From Polyangiaceae bacterium (GTDB lineage Bacteria > Myxococcota_A > Polyangia > Polyangiales > Polyangiaceae), in the NCBI GenBank assembly GCA_044376115.1, contig JBILLK010000002.1, positions 32,001 through 96,000 of the forward strand: 64,000 nt of DNA, read 5' to 3'. The position numbers were made by a program, and so were the translations under genes. Positions 38,004-47,709 of the stretch are shown here, one piece after another. The notes under the pieces are model-generated. The model did no database searches, was not told the DNA's origin, and saw only the letters and a program-made list of their open reading frames with translations. How positions within the stretch are numbered: the stretch's first letter is position 1; each line of letters starts with the position of its first letter.

Positions 38004-39347
38004 CTAAAAGACGATGCGACCGCTGAGCACCCCGCCGTGGCCGTCCTCTTGTTCGGAGAAGCGTCGTTCGCCGAGGTATTGCGCTGTTACGCGGACGCGG
38101 TCGGCGCGGCTGCCGTGGGCGGCGGGATAGAAGCTCAGGCCGCCTTCCAGAAAGCCTGTGAGCCGCGGGTCGAAGCTCTCGTCGAGCTCGACCAAACCGA
38201 CTCGTGCGATCGGCTCGAGCGCGAGCTGTTCGCTTAGACGCAGGAACCAGGAGGCCTGCGTGTAAGCGCCTTGTGCGACGAGCGGTCGCACCGAAAGCTC
38301 GTTCGTCTGCCGGCGATGCAGATACTCGACGCCGAGGTAAAGCCCGCGGTAGCTCATGCGCAGCGAGCCGGAGAAACGCAGGTCCAACATCGACGACGAG
38401 CCGTAGCCGGTGCGGTCGAAGAGCTCGGCCGGCCGCACCAAGGCGCCGGCGCCAAGCCCCAGCCGAAACGGCCCCTCGAAGGGATCGCCCTCGCCAACCT
38501 GAAACGGCCCGAAGGGCTGCGCGTCGGCGCGCGCGCTGAGCACCACGCCACGCGGCGTGAGGCCCTCGAGCGTGAGGCCCAAACTCTCGCCCAGAAATGC
38601 ACCGACCGAGCCGGTGAAGACCCCGCCGGTGAGCTTGGTTTGCAGCAGCGCGCCCACGTCCGAGCCGCTGACGAAGACCTCGTTGGGAGAGGCGCGATTC
38701 GGAAACATCAAGGCAAAGCTCGGGCTCTGTAGCTGGGTGGTGAACGGGATCAGCATCACGCCCGCCTTGAGGCCGAACTCCGGAACCGGCAGGTATCCCA
38801 TCGACGCTTCCTCCAGCAGCGCCGCAGGAAAGCGCTTGGACCTGGCGACGATGGCGTCGAGCGAGCCGTTGCCTTCGAAGTCCACGCCCTCCACCCCGGT
38901 CAGCGCCTCTAGCGTCCGCGAGCTGAGGATGGCGTGCACCAGAGCGCGAAAGTCTTTGAGGACCGTCGCTTCAACGATCAGCCCCGATTGACCAGTAAAC
39001 GCTAACTCCCATTCGTCCCGCGGCAGCGCGTCTGCACGATAACGAAAGCCGAGTCCCGCCTGGACATAGCCCCTTAGCGAAAGCTCGACGTCCGGGGTCT
39101 TTTCCGCGGGCGGCGGTGCGGAGGCCGGGGGAGGGGGCACGACCGGGGCGGCCGGTTCGGTGGGTTCGGTTTCGGTTTCGGTGGGCTTTGCCTGGTCTTG
39201 TGCGGCTTTTGCCTCGTCTTCGTCTTCGGCGGGCGCCTTCTCGCGCTCCGCCTTCTCCTCCGCTGGCGGCGCAGACTTCGCCTTCTGTGCAAGGACGCTG
39301 GTGGGTTGAAGCAGCGCCAAGATCCCGAGCGCGAGCCAGAACCTCAT
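38004..39347 (-). CDS. outer-membrane beta-barrel (porin-like) protein
   Basis: Signal peptide, Pro-rich linker, amphipathic strands, terminal IVF. Confidence 0.78.
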   Translation of the reverse strand: MRFWLALGILALLQPTSVLAQKAKSAPPAEEKAEREKAPAEDEDEAKAAQDQAKPTETETEPTEPAAPVVPPPPASAPPPAEKTPDVELSLRGYVQAGLGFRYRADALPRDEWELAFTGQSGLIVEATVLKDFRALVHAILSSRTLEALTGVEGVDFEGNGSLDAIVARSKRFPAALLEEASMGYLPVPEFGLKAGVMLIPFTTQLQSPSFALMFPNRASPNEVFVSGSDVGALLQTKLTGGVFTGSVGAFLGESLGLTLEGLTPRGVVLSARADAQPFGPFQVGEGDPFEGPFRLGLGAGALVRPAELFDRTGYGSSSMLDLRFSGSLRMSYRGLYLGVEYLHRRQTNELSVRPLVAQGAYTQASWFLRLSEQLALEPIARVGLVELDESFDPRLTGFLEGGLSFYPAAHGSRADRVRVTAQYLGERRFSEQEDGHGGVLSGRIVF

Positions 39348-40573
39348 GGGTAGTTCACCCCGGCGGCCATCACCGCCACCGCCGTAAAGGTCTCCCCGCC
39401 CGATTCAAAGTCGGGCCCTGCCACGAGCCATAAGGTGGTCCCGTCGGCATAGTAATCGAGCGAATAGGGGCTTAAAAAAGGTGCGGCGCCCAAAGCCGAG
39501 ACCGGCTTCTTCCACTCCGCCTCGCGAGCGGGGAGGGAACGATCGTCGCGCACGAGCACGTTGGTATTGAGCGCCTTGCGCAGATCGCGGCTGGCCTGCC
39601 AAGCCTGTGCGCCGAGCTGCTTTCCGCTCGCGTCGATCGCGCTCACGAGGGCGCCGTTGTCTCCCGCGCCAACCAAGTAGATCTGCTCGCCCCAGCGCTG
39701 CACGCCGCTCGGCTCCATGCCTTCGACCGAGCGAAAGCGCCCACCTTCGCCGTCCACGATGAACAGCCGCCCATCCTCGGCCAGGCCCACATAGCGCCCC
39801 GGCGACACCGGCAGGAGATCGCCCAAGAGGCCTGCAGGCGCTAGCTCCTCGGCCCCGTTTACCCCGACTTCGTCCAGCGTGGTGCCATCGCGATCGAGCA
39901 AGACCGCCTGTTCACGTGGGCCGTCCTTGGTTTGCTTGCGATACACGATTACGCCTTGTTGCGTCGCTGGGTCGCCGCCCACGCCCAAGACCTCGAAGTC
40001 GCTGCCGGAGTCGGCGCTTTCGCCGAGCAATGTGTAGATCCCGGCGCTGAGATCGACCAACACCTGGAAGGGCCTCGGGTCGGTTGGGCTCTGAATCCAG
40101 GCGACGGTGCTCACGCGGCTGGGGCTGTCGATCACCAGCGGGAGAACGGCGATGAAGGAGAGATCGGCGCCGGTGCTTGGGTCGCGCTCGAGCAGCCGTT
40201 TGCAGCCGCCGTGGCGGCCGGAGACGCGCACCAGCGCGCCGCCCGATTGGTAATAAGCCGCGTCCTGCGCGCGGCCAACCCAGCGCTTTACGCCAGTCCC
40301 GTCGGTCACTTGGCAGCTGGCCGTAAAGCCCCCGCTGGCCTGCCCAACCCAAACGTTGGTGGTGCCTTCGTCGGGATCGCCAAACAGTACATAGATATTG
40401 CCGGAGCGGTCGCTGATCGGCGGTACGAAGGCGAGAGGAAGCTCGCCCCGGACGTTGGCGAAGTAGCGAGGGGTATCGAAGCTGCCGGGCGAAAGCTCAG
40501 GCTCACAGCTCGTAAGTAGGCCCAGCCCCAAGGCGATAAAGCCGAGGCTCGCGGCGAGTGCGCCGGCTCTCAC
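39344..40573 (-). CDS. hypothetical lipoprotein (beta-rich)
   Basis: LTSC lipobox; overlaps both neighbours by 4 nt. Confidence 0.78.
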   Translation of the reverse strand: MRAGALAASLGFIALGLGLLTSCEPELSPGSFDTPRYFANVRGELPLAFVPPISDRSGNIYVLFGDPDEGTTNVWVGQASGGFTASCQVTDGTGVKRWVGRAQDAAYYQSGGALVRVSGRHGGCKRLLERDPSTGADLSFIAVLPLVIDSPSRVSTVAWIQSPTDPRPFQVLVDLSAGIYTLLGESADSGSDFEVLGVGGDPATQQGVIVYRKQTKDGPREQAVLLDRDGTTLDEVGVNGAEELAPAGLLGDLLPVSPGRYVGLAEDGRLFIVDGEGGRFRSVEGMEPSGVQRWGEQIYLVGAGDNGALVSAIDASGKQLGAQAWQASRDLRKALNTNVLVRDDRSLPAREAEWKKPVSALGAAPFLSPYSLDYYADGTTLWLVAGPDFESGGETFTAVAVMAAGVNYP

Positions 40574-42660
40574 TGGTTTACCGCATAATCGATGACGTAA
40601 AACGCAGCGTCTTCGCCAGCGGCGTTCTGGTAGTGCTGCCGATAGACGAAGGGCGTGAAGGAGTAGCGCGAGGTCTCGAACTCGTCTTCCGGCGTCTTGG
40701 AGTTATCGACGATGGGGGGTACCTCGCCGCCGAAGTTGGTGTCTTGTCCCACCGTCAGCGAATAGGCCGTACCGAACTTGGTCGAGACGGTGCCTTGCAG
40801 CTCGACGCCGAAGGCCCCGAGCGAGCCGCCGACGCCGATCTTCGTGTTTTGCGCCTCGGTGTTGGTCTCCGACTCGCGGATGCTGGCCGACCAACCCACG
40901 CGACCGACGTCACTGACGATCACCGGCGGTAGCTCGGGAAAGAGCATATCTTCGGTCGGGATGGATTGACCATCGAGGCTGAGCGGCTCGGTTGCATAGC
41001 TATCTACGTCGCCCACGCGGCTCGCCAGCGGAATCACCGGTAGCGTGCCGAGCTTCTCCGCCATGCGGTTGTAGCGGCTGAGTGACCACAACCCGACCTG
41101 GCCGCCGACCGGCACCAACACCTCGAAGGGCTTGTTGTTCGGACCGAGCTTGCCGGCCGGATCCTCGGTCACGTAGCTGTAGTGATGAAAGCAGCCGCAG
41201 GAGAGGACCACGCCGGCCTGGGCGCCGCCGAGCATGTTCTTGTCGCCTTGCAGTGCGTAGCTTTGGCCAATCGCGAAGCCGCTGGCGAGCGAGCGGGTCA
41301 GCACCGTCTCGCGCTCGAACTGCGCTTGCACTTTGGCTTTGGCGATCGAGCCGAGATCCGCGCCGTAGCTAACGACGAGGCCCGCCGTAAGCGCAAGCAT
41401 CTCCGATTGCGCCACCGATTGGCTCTCCACGTTGCCGAGCGTCACGCGCCCGAAGCCGTCGGATACATCGAGTTCGGTCGGTGGGACCACCAGCAAGGCC
41501 ACCGGCACCGTCTCGCCGGAGATCAGCTCGGGACCTTCCAGCAAGCGTCCGGCCGGTGAATCCCCGTCCCAATCGAAGGAGGCGATGCGCTGCGCGGTGG
41601 TGCCGATGCTGAGTTCGATCTGGTCGTAGCTCACGAGTGCGGAGCCGTTGAAGCTCAGGCTCTCCACGGTGCGGTCATCGCGTAGCAGGTGCACCTCGTC
41701 GATGCCGTCGGACTCGTCGTCGCGCGTGGTGACGTCCACACTGCCGGAGTCGACGTTGGTCGACGAGAGGACGTTCTCGCTCTGCGGAGAGAAGACGTGC
41801 AGTTTGTCGCTGGCCCAACCCCAGTAACCGCCGTCCTCGAGCAGCAGCACCTCGGCGGCGCCGTTGCCGTCGAGGTCGCCTGCAGCGAGCGAGAGCACGG
41901 CCTTGTTGAGCGTCCAGGCCAAGAGCTCCTCTTGACCGGTCTTGCTGGCATCGACGTTCCACACGTACAGCGTCGCTTGGTCGCCCATCGATTCGAGCAT
42001 GAGCACCTCGGCGTAGCCGTCGCCGTCCACGTCGGCCGCGCTTACGTCGCTCAGCTGTGCGCCTTCCAACGTCGCCTCCGAGCAGCTGCCGGTGCGCACA
42101 TCGCATTGCGCGATGAAGCTCTCGCCGACGGCGAAGAGCTCGTCCACGCCGTCCGCGTCCACGTCGCCCGAGGCCAGCGCGGTCGGCTCGAAGCTGAGCT
42201 CCAGGTTGCTATCTCCATCGCCGCTTTGAAGCCGCACACCTTGCAGTCCGTCGATCGCCGCGGCGATGGTGTGCGGGCGGGTGCCGGTGAGATTGCCGCC
42301 GGCCAGATCGCGTAACAGCAACCCCGAAAGGTCCCACGAGCCCAGGTAATCGGCGCCTTCGAAGCCGTCCACGTAGGACTGATCCCCGACCACCGCGAGC
42401 TCCGAATCGAGCTGCAGATAGCGGTGCTTGCCGAGCGGGGCGCGCGACTCGAAGTCCTCCGCGCAGCGCTGCATCTGGCACACGCCGTTGAGGCAGGTCT
42501 CGCCCGGGCCACACGCATCGTCGTCGCTGCAAGCCACGTCATCGCTGGTCCATGGCTTCGAGCCGGGCGGGTCTCCCGGGGCGCCCGGGATCGATTCCTC
42601 AGCACATCCGGCGCTCAGGAACAGTGACAATCCTGCGACAAATCCCTTGAAATTGCTCAT
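40570..42660 (-). CDS. FG-GAP/VCBS repeat lipoprotein with Ser/Thr-rich C-terminal domain
   Basis: SAGC lipobox; GDVDADG, ADVDGDG and GDLDGNG repeats. Confidence 0.85.
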   Translation of the reverse strand: MSNFKGFVAGLSLFLSAGCAEESIPGAPGDPPGSKPWTSDDVACSDDDACGPGETCLNGVCQMQRCAEDFESRAPLGKHRYLQLDSELAVVGDQSYVDGFEGADYLGSWDLSGLLLRDLAGGNLTGTRPHTIAAAIDGLQGVRLQSGDGDSNLELSFEPTALASGDVDADGVDELFAVGESFIAQCDVRTGSCSEATLEGAQLSDVSAADVDGDGYAEVLMLESMGDQATLYVWNVDASKTGQEELLAWTLNKAVLSLAAGDLDGNGAAEVLLLEDGGYWGWASDKLHVFSPQSENVLSSTNVDSGSVDVTTRDDESDGIDEVHLLRDDRTVESLSFNGSALVSYDQIELSIGTTAQRIASFDWDGDSPAGRLLEGPELISGETVPVALLVVPPTELDVSDGFGRVTLGNVESQSVAQSEMLALTAGLVVSYGADLGSIAKAKVQAQFERETVLTRSLASGFAIGQSYALQGDKNMLGGAQAGVVLSCGCFHHYSYVTEDPAGKLGPNNKPFEVLVPVGGQVGLWSLSRYNRMAEKLGTLPVIPLASRVGDVDSYATEPLSLDGQSIPTEDMLFPELPPVIVSDVGRVGWSASIRESETNTEAQNTKIGVGGSLGAFGVELQGTVSTKFGTAYSLTVGQDTNFGGEVPPIVDNSKTPEDEFETSRYSFTPFVYRQHYQNAAGEDAAFYVIDYAVNQ

Positions 42661-42848
42661 GGTTGCGCTCGCCACTAAGGCAAAGCGCGGGCCATTCGCC
42701 GCAACCCTCGGCTAGCCCACCTTGGCGGTAGACGTGAGCCCGCTGGGTGGATCATCGGTTATTCGACTGAGCATCCGCAGACCCAACTAGCCGTGTTTTG
42801 CTGCTCGAAATGCCGCGGGATTGTCACCGCGTAGTCACCGAGCGCTGG

Positions 42849-43943
42849 TCACCAGTGAACGTACGCACCGACCGCTTTGTGCATCGAGTACGAGCTGGGT
42901 TTGTCCTTGCCGGTGAGGGCGGCGTCGGCCGCGCCGGCTTCGTCGAAGTCCACGGTGATAGCGCCCGAGGTGACCACCGGCTTGGCGTTGTACTCCGGCT
43001 TGTACTTGGCGAAGAGGAAGTCGTAGCGGCTGCCGAAACGCATGGTGGCGTTATCGACGAGGCAGGCGTCGCGCTCGAACTCGGAGGCAGCGTCTGCTGC
43101 GCAGTCGGCAAACACCGGATCGACGTAGCCGAGGTTGCCGGCGTCGCCGAGGCCGACGTTGGTGCGGCGGTACCAAGGGCGGAAGCCTGAACCAGGCTGC
43201 TTGGGGGTGGTCAGCTCGGGGAGGTTGGCGTCGCCGCCGAAGACGCGAAGTTGGGCGCCGGTGTAGCTCGCCATGATCTCGTCGGCGGCGCGTGCGTTGG
43301 TCACGCCGCAGCCATCGACGACGGGCCAGTGCACCGAGCCCACCGCGATCTCGGCAAAGCCGTTGCCGTGCGGTCGCAGCCGGTCAGCGAGCTTCGCCGA
43401 CACGTTCACGTAGCGGGCAGCCTTCGCCTCGCCGCAGCCTTCGCCTACGCGTGAGCGCCAGGTCTTCTTGGTACCGTCGACGTAGCTGAAACGCGACTTG
43501 CGGTAGACGATGGCGTTGGTCTGATAGCGCTTGGCTGCGCAATCCGCCTCATCCCAGGGGGCCGGGTCGCGCTCGGCTATGATCGTTCCGTACTCCTCGC
43601 CAAAGAGCTCCTCCATGCGCGCGACCAGCACGTCGTCGAGCTGTGCGTTGTCGCTCACCTGCTGGAAGAGCACGATGTCGGGCACGCTGTCGCCGCTCGC
43701 GAGAAAGTAGAGGAGGTCTTGCCAGTCGCCCTCGCAGGACTCGGGTTCACCGGCTGCTGCCTTCGACAAATTCTCGATGTTGCTCGTGTAGATGAGGATC
43801 TTGGACGGGTCTTGGTTGCTCAGGGTGACGTCGTCCTCAGTCACCGTCTCCGCAGAGTCGAAGGGCTGGCCACCGGGTGCGCAACCCAGCGCGAAGGCGA
43901 GCGTCAGCGGGGCGAAGAGCGAGCGAGAGAGCTTGGCGAGCAT
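42849..43943 (-). CDS. endonuclease/exonuclease/phosphatase (EEP)-fold lipoprotein
   Basis: YTSNIEN, PDIVLFQQ, SVHW, GGDAN, YDFLF and S.H motifs. Confidence 0.75.
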   Translation of the reverse strand: MLAKLSRSLFAPLTLAFALGCAPGGQPFDSAETVTEDDVTLSNQDPSKILIYTSNIENLSKAAAGEPESCEGDWQDLLYFLASGDSVPDIVLFQQVSDNAQLDDVLVARMEELFGEEYGTIIAERDPAPWDEADCAAKRYQTNAIVYRKSRFSYVDGTKKTWRSRVGEGCGEAKAARYVNVSAKLADRLRPHGNGFAEIAVGSVHWPVVDGCGVTNARAADEIMASYTGAQLRVFGGDANLPELTTPKQPGSGFRPWYRRTNVGLGDAGNLGYVDPVFADCAADAASEFERDACLVDNATMRFGSRYDFLFAKYKPEYNAKPVVTSGAITVDFDEAGAADAALTGKDKPSSYSMHKAVGAYVHW

Positions 43944-44098
43944 CGTTCGCTACTGAGCACCCCGCGTGCCAGCCAAAAGTGCCTTCAATCAAGGCGGAAA
44001 CCGCGTTCACGTGGGTTCGCTGAGGTCGCGTTGATCCAGTGAGTCGAACCGGCGCGGATGTAGTTGAAGGTGCCCGCATCCGTTCGTACCGTGGTCTC

Positions 44099-44782
44099 AT
44101 GCTGATCCCGCGTGAAGGCACCATCGTCGAGTTCGATAGCGGTGGAGGCGTGGGCACGATCGCGCTCGACGACGGTGAGCGTGTCCGCTTTGGCTATTCG
44201 GTTTGTCGCTTCGCGGTTCCGCAGGTTGGGCTGCGCGTGAAGGTGCTTGGGACCGAGCCGGGCTTTCGTGGGGTGCTGAAGGCGAGGGCGGTGGAAGAGC
44301 GCGCGCCCGCCGTGGTCGCTGCCGTGACGCCGCCTCCAAGCTCGATGCTCGCCCAATGGGAAGCGCTGGGCGTGGCGGCCGAGCCTGCGTTGCTGGCGCT
44401 TTTGCGCGCGGTCGACGAGGACGCAGGCTTGCTCACCGACCTCGAGCGGATGTCCTTCGAAGTGGCGCCGCTACGGGCAGCCGACATCGATTGCGACCAC
44501 GAGCGCTTGACCATCGTGGCGATGGACGGATCCGGCAACGCCTTCGGCCTTTGGAATGACGGGACGTCTGCGGAGCCGCTGCCGTGGGCGTTCTACTCCC
44601 ACGAGGACGACGGGCTGACGGTGACCGCTCAAAACACGGCGGAGTTCTTGTCGCGGCTGCTCGATCACTTCACTCGCAACGAAGGCGAGGCCGACGTCGC
44701 TCTACGCGTGCGCCAAGCACTCGAGGCGCTCGGTGTGCGGTTGCAGCCCGCTGGTACGCATCAGAGCTCCATGTTCGAGTAG
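44099..44782 (+). CDS. cold-shock-like OB domain fused to SUKH/SMI1-like domain
   Basis: GTIVEFD...GVGTI..DDGE.V.F N-terminus; DGSGN.FGLW...FYSHE...A....EFL C-terminus. Confidence 0.65.
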   Translation: MLIPREGTIVEFDSGGGVGTIALDDGERVRFGYSVCRFAVPQVGLRVKVLGTEPGFRGVLKARAVEERAPAVVAAVTPPPSSMLAQWEALGVAAEPALLALLRAVDEDAGLLTDLERMSFEVAPLRAADIDCDHERLTIVAMDGSGNAFGLWNDGTSAEPLPWAFYSHEDDGLTVTAQNTAEFLSRLLDHFTRNEGEADVALRVRQALEALGVRLQPAGTHQSSMFE

Positions 44783-44796
44783 CGAGACAAAAGGCG

Positions 44797-44837
44797 AAAG
44801 GCCCGAGCTCGAACCTTGGTTCGAGCTGCGGGCCTTT
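44797..44837. terminator. bidirectional hairpin terminator
   Basis: AAAGGCCCG-AGCTCGAACC-TT-GGTTCGAGCT-G-CGGGCCTTT between convergent genes. Confidence 0.8.
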
Positions 44838-44864
44838 ACGTGAACGTGACGGAAGCGAAGAAGC

Positions 44865-45437
44865 TTACTTCTTCGGCTCTTCCTTCTTGTCGTCTTCCTT
44901 CTTGTCGTCGTCTTTCTTGTCGCCGTCTTTCTTGTCGTCGTCGCTCTTCATCTTGTCCATGAGAGCCTTGACGTCCGGGTCCTTCTCGCACTTGGCAACG
45001 CCGGCGATGAACTCCTTGCCGAGGGGCTCCATGGCCTTCTCCATGGCAGCGTCGAGAGCCTTCTTGAGCTCCGGATCAGCCTTCTGCTTGGCTTCCCACT
45101 CGTCCATGGCCTTGATCTTGGCGTCGTCCGGGAGGACAGCCTTGATCGCCTCAGCCATCTTCTTGCAGTCAGCTGCGTTGTCTGCGACGGCCTTGAGCAC
45201 GGCGCTCGAAGCCTTGACGTACTCGTCGAGCGTGACGTCGCCAGCGGGGGCAGCGGCGGAAGCCGAGGCCGGGGCGGGGGCTGCCGAGGGCTTGGCGCTC
45301 GCCGAGGCGGCGGGCTTGGCCGAACCGGAGGCGGCGGGCTTGGCGGACGCGCTAGCCGAACCTGCGCCGGCTCCACCATCACCACAACCGAGTAGAGAGA
45401 CCAGCAGGAACGCGACGCCAACCGATTGCTTGAACAT
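44865..45437 (-). CDS. helical Lys/Asp-rich lipoprotein
   Basis: AAGGAGG RBS, LLGC lipobox, Ala/Ser/Pro linker, DDKK tail, strong GC3 bias. Confidence 0.85.
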   Translation of the reverse strand: MFKQSVGVAFLLVSLLGCGDGGAGAGSASASAKPAASGSAKPAASASAKPSAAPAPASASAAAPAGDVTLDEYVKASSAVLKAVADNAADCKKMAEAIKAVLPDDAKIKAMDEWEAKQKADPELKKALDAAMEKAMEPLGKEFIAGVAKCEKDPDVKALMDKMKSDDDKKDGDKKDDDKKEDDKKEEPKK

Positions 45438-45498
45438 GAATCCTCCTTAGGATGACGGCGGCCTTACACTTTGTGTTCGCGCTGCTGTCAACCGCTTT

Positions 45499-46020
45499 TT
45501 AATCTTCCGGTTCCTCGCGCGGCAGCGGCGGGGGTGCTACCCGCTTCGGTTTCACGGCTTTTGTGGGCGGAAGCGTAGGGGGGCCCGGTTTGCGTTTTGC
45601 GGCCGCGGGGGCGTTGGCGGTCGAGGCTTTGCGTTGAGGCGGCCGGCTCGAGCGGGTGCGCTTGGCCGGTTCCGGCTCGGCCGGGGGCTCGAGCCACTCG
45701 AGCCGAACCTCCATCGTCTCTTTGCGCTCCATGGGCGGACGACTGGTGCGCTTGGCCGTCGGCTTGGTTGCTGTCTTGGCCGGCTTGGTCTCGGGTTCGA
45801 GCCAGGAGACGTCCACCTCCATGGTCTGCTTGCGTACGGGCGGCGGGCCCAAACGCGGCGCCAGCGGCGAGCGCTTCGGTACCGGCGGCGCAGCGGGCGG
45901 CGGGCCCAAACGCGGCGCCAGCGGCGAGCGCTTCGGTACCGGCGGTGCAGCGGGCGGCGGCGGAGCTTGCGGTGGGACGGGGCGAACGCTCTTCTTGGGC
46001 GGGGGCTTGGTGCTGGCCAT
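45499..46020 (-). CDS. Pro/Lys-rich disordered protein with duplicated RKxTMEVxxxWLEP motif
   Basis: ATG start; motif occurs twice; GC3 bias. Confidence 0.72.
   Translation of the reverse strand: MASTKPPPKKSVRPVPPQAPPPPAAPPVPKRSPLAPRLGPPPAAPPVPKRSPLAPRLGPPPVRKQTMEVDVSWLEPETKPAKTATKPTAKRTSRPPMERKETMEVRLEWLEPPAEPEPAKRTRSSRPPQRKASTANAPAAAKRKPGPPTLPPTKAVKPKRVAPPPLPREEPED
45837..45960. repeat. 57-bp tandem duplication (2 copies plus partial, 1 mismatch)
   Basis: Encodes AAPPVPKRSPLAPRLGPPP twice. Confidence 0.95.
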
Positions 46021-46150
46021 CGTTGTTTTCTAGCGTACCGCGAATATTGCAGTGGGAGCGTTGCTCGTCGCACTCGATTGAACGCCCGAGGGAGGAACCA
46101 GGGATGCCGCTCGTACCAGCGGCACCCCTTTCACCCTCTTGAGGTCGCTC

Positions 46151-46378
46151 GTGAAAATTTCGTCGCTTCTGACCGGTGCCTTCGCAGTTGTTAGTCTCTT
46201 CGCCGTCGGCTGCGGAGATCCCTGTGGTGACCTTGTAGCGGCCTGCGAGGAGTGCACCGATGAAGTGGAGCGAAGCAACTGCATCTTGGGCGCAGAGCTG
46301 GCGGATGCGCTGGGCGCTGATGACGCCTGCCAAGATGCGCTCGACCAGGGCGATGTTTGCACCGCCTCCGCAGAGTAA
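46151..46378 (+). CDS. small Cys-rich acidic lipoprotein
   Basis: AVGC lipobox; six further Cys. Confidence 0.7.
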   Translation: MKISSLLTGAFAVVSLFAVGCGDPCGDLVAACEECTDEVERSNCILGAELADALGADDACQDALDQGDVCTASAE

Positions 46379-47687
46379 AGCGCTCGCGGCGCTCGCGGCG
46401 CTAGTTCTCGTCGGCGCGGCTTGTCGTGAGTCGCCTGCAATGACGCCTCGCGAAGACCCTTCATTGGGCTCTTCACGAGGCGTCGCTCTTTCGGCCGTAG
46501 CCAACGGCTCCGCTGTGGTCTCTGCGGCGATACCATCGGCCGCAAGCGTCACTCCGCCCAGCGTCGCTTCGACGTTGCCGCCAGGGGAACCCGCTTCATT
46601 GCTGTTGGTCGCTGGCGATCTCGTGGATAGCGCGTCGCTCGCCTTGCAACACACGCTGACGACGGATCCCGTCGTGACCGGCGCGCTCGCCGACGGGACG
46701 GCGTACCTCATGGTGCGCGCTGGTACGCAGCTCGAGCTGCGAGCTTTCTCCACCGCCGACGGTGCGCGTCGCTGGTCGAGCCCAGTGAGTCAATGCTTGC
46801 AGCCGGTTGCAACCGCAAGCGGCGTCTTCTGCGGGACCGACCTCGGCGTGGTGCATTTTTCGCGCAACCAGGGTTCCTCACGCACTGTGGGAGCGCCGAT
46901 GGCGGTGGCGAGTTTGATCGGCCTCGGTGAGCGCGTCATGGCGCTGAGCAAATCACAGTCGGTGCAGGTGCTGAGCGCAGCCACTGGCGCGCGGCTCGGT
47001 GGGCTCGAACTCCCCGAGCAGCCGGTGAACGGCCTCTTGCGTTCGCCGCTGGTGCGCGCCGGAACGCTCGCTTGCGGCGTCTCTCCCAACAACAAAACCA
47101 CGACGCTGATGTGCGTGGATGCCACGCCCAAGCTCGTGTTTCGCTCGGAGCTTCAGGTCCCGCAAGGCACCCTGCGTCAGGCCAATGAAAATCTGCTGGT
47201 GGTGTCCTCCTGGCGAGATGAGCCCGCCGCCTGCGAGGTGCTTTCAACCTCCACTGGCGCACGGCTCGCGCGGGCCAACTCCGCTTGTGCCGCGGCTTTC
47301 TCGCAAGGCAACGCCGTGAGCTTGCTCACCGTCGAGCCGAAACTGCGACGGCTCGATGCGAAGGGCGCGGTGCAATGGGAGCAGGCGGCTTCGTGGCGGG
47401 AGGCCGCGCGCGTCGTGCAGGTCGGTTCACTGTTGATCGTCGCGAACTACAGCCCGATCGCCACCGGAACGACGCTCTTCGCCCTTGACGTGACGACCGG
47501 CAAACCAGCGTGGACGGCCGATGTGGACAGCCTGCCGATCGAACACAGCAAGTACGCAAACCAAGTGGAGCTCGAGCTCACCGAACGCGGCCTGCTGCTC
47601 CGTGGCCATGAATCGAGCCAGGAGTTCGCCCAATTGTTCGACGTCACGAGCGGCAAACGGCTGGGCTCGGCGGTGCGGCGTCGCTAG
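46353..47687 (+). CDS. PQQ-like beta-propeller lipoprotein
   Basis: GAAC lipobox; ALD..TGK..W and DG..RW blades. Confidence 0.75.
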   Translation: MFAPPPQSKALAALAALVLVGAACRESPAMTPREDPSLGSSRGVALSAVANGSAVVSAAIPSAASVTPPSVASTLPPGEPASLLLVAGDLVDSASLALQHTLTTDPVVTGALADGTAYLMVRAGTQLELRAFSTADGARRWSSPVSQCLQPVATASGVFCGTDLGVVHFSRNQGSSRTVGAPMAVASLIGLGERVMALSKSQSVQVLSAATGARLGGLELPEQPVNGLLRSPLVRAGTLACGVSPNNKTTTLMCVDATPKLVFRSELQVPQGTLRQANENLLVVSSWRDEPAACEVLSTSTGARLARANSACAAAFSQGNAVSLLTVEPKLRRLDAKGAVQWEQAASWREAARVVQVGSLLIVANYSPIATGTTLFALDVTTGKPAWTADVDSLPIEHSKYANQVELELTERGLLLRGHESSQEFAQLFDVTSGKRLGSAVRRR

Positions 47688-47709
47688 GGTGCGAACCGGC
47701 GAACAGACC

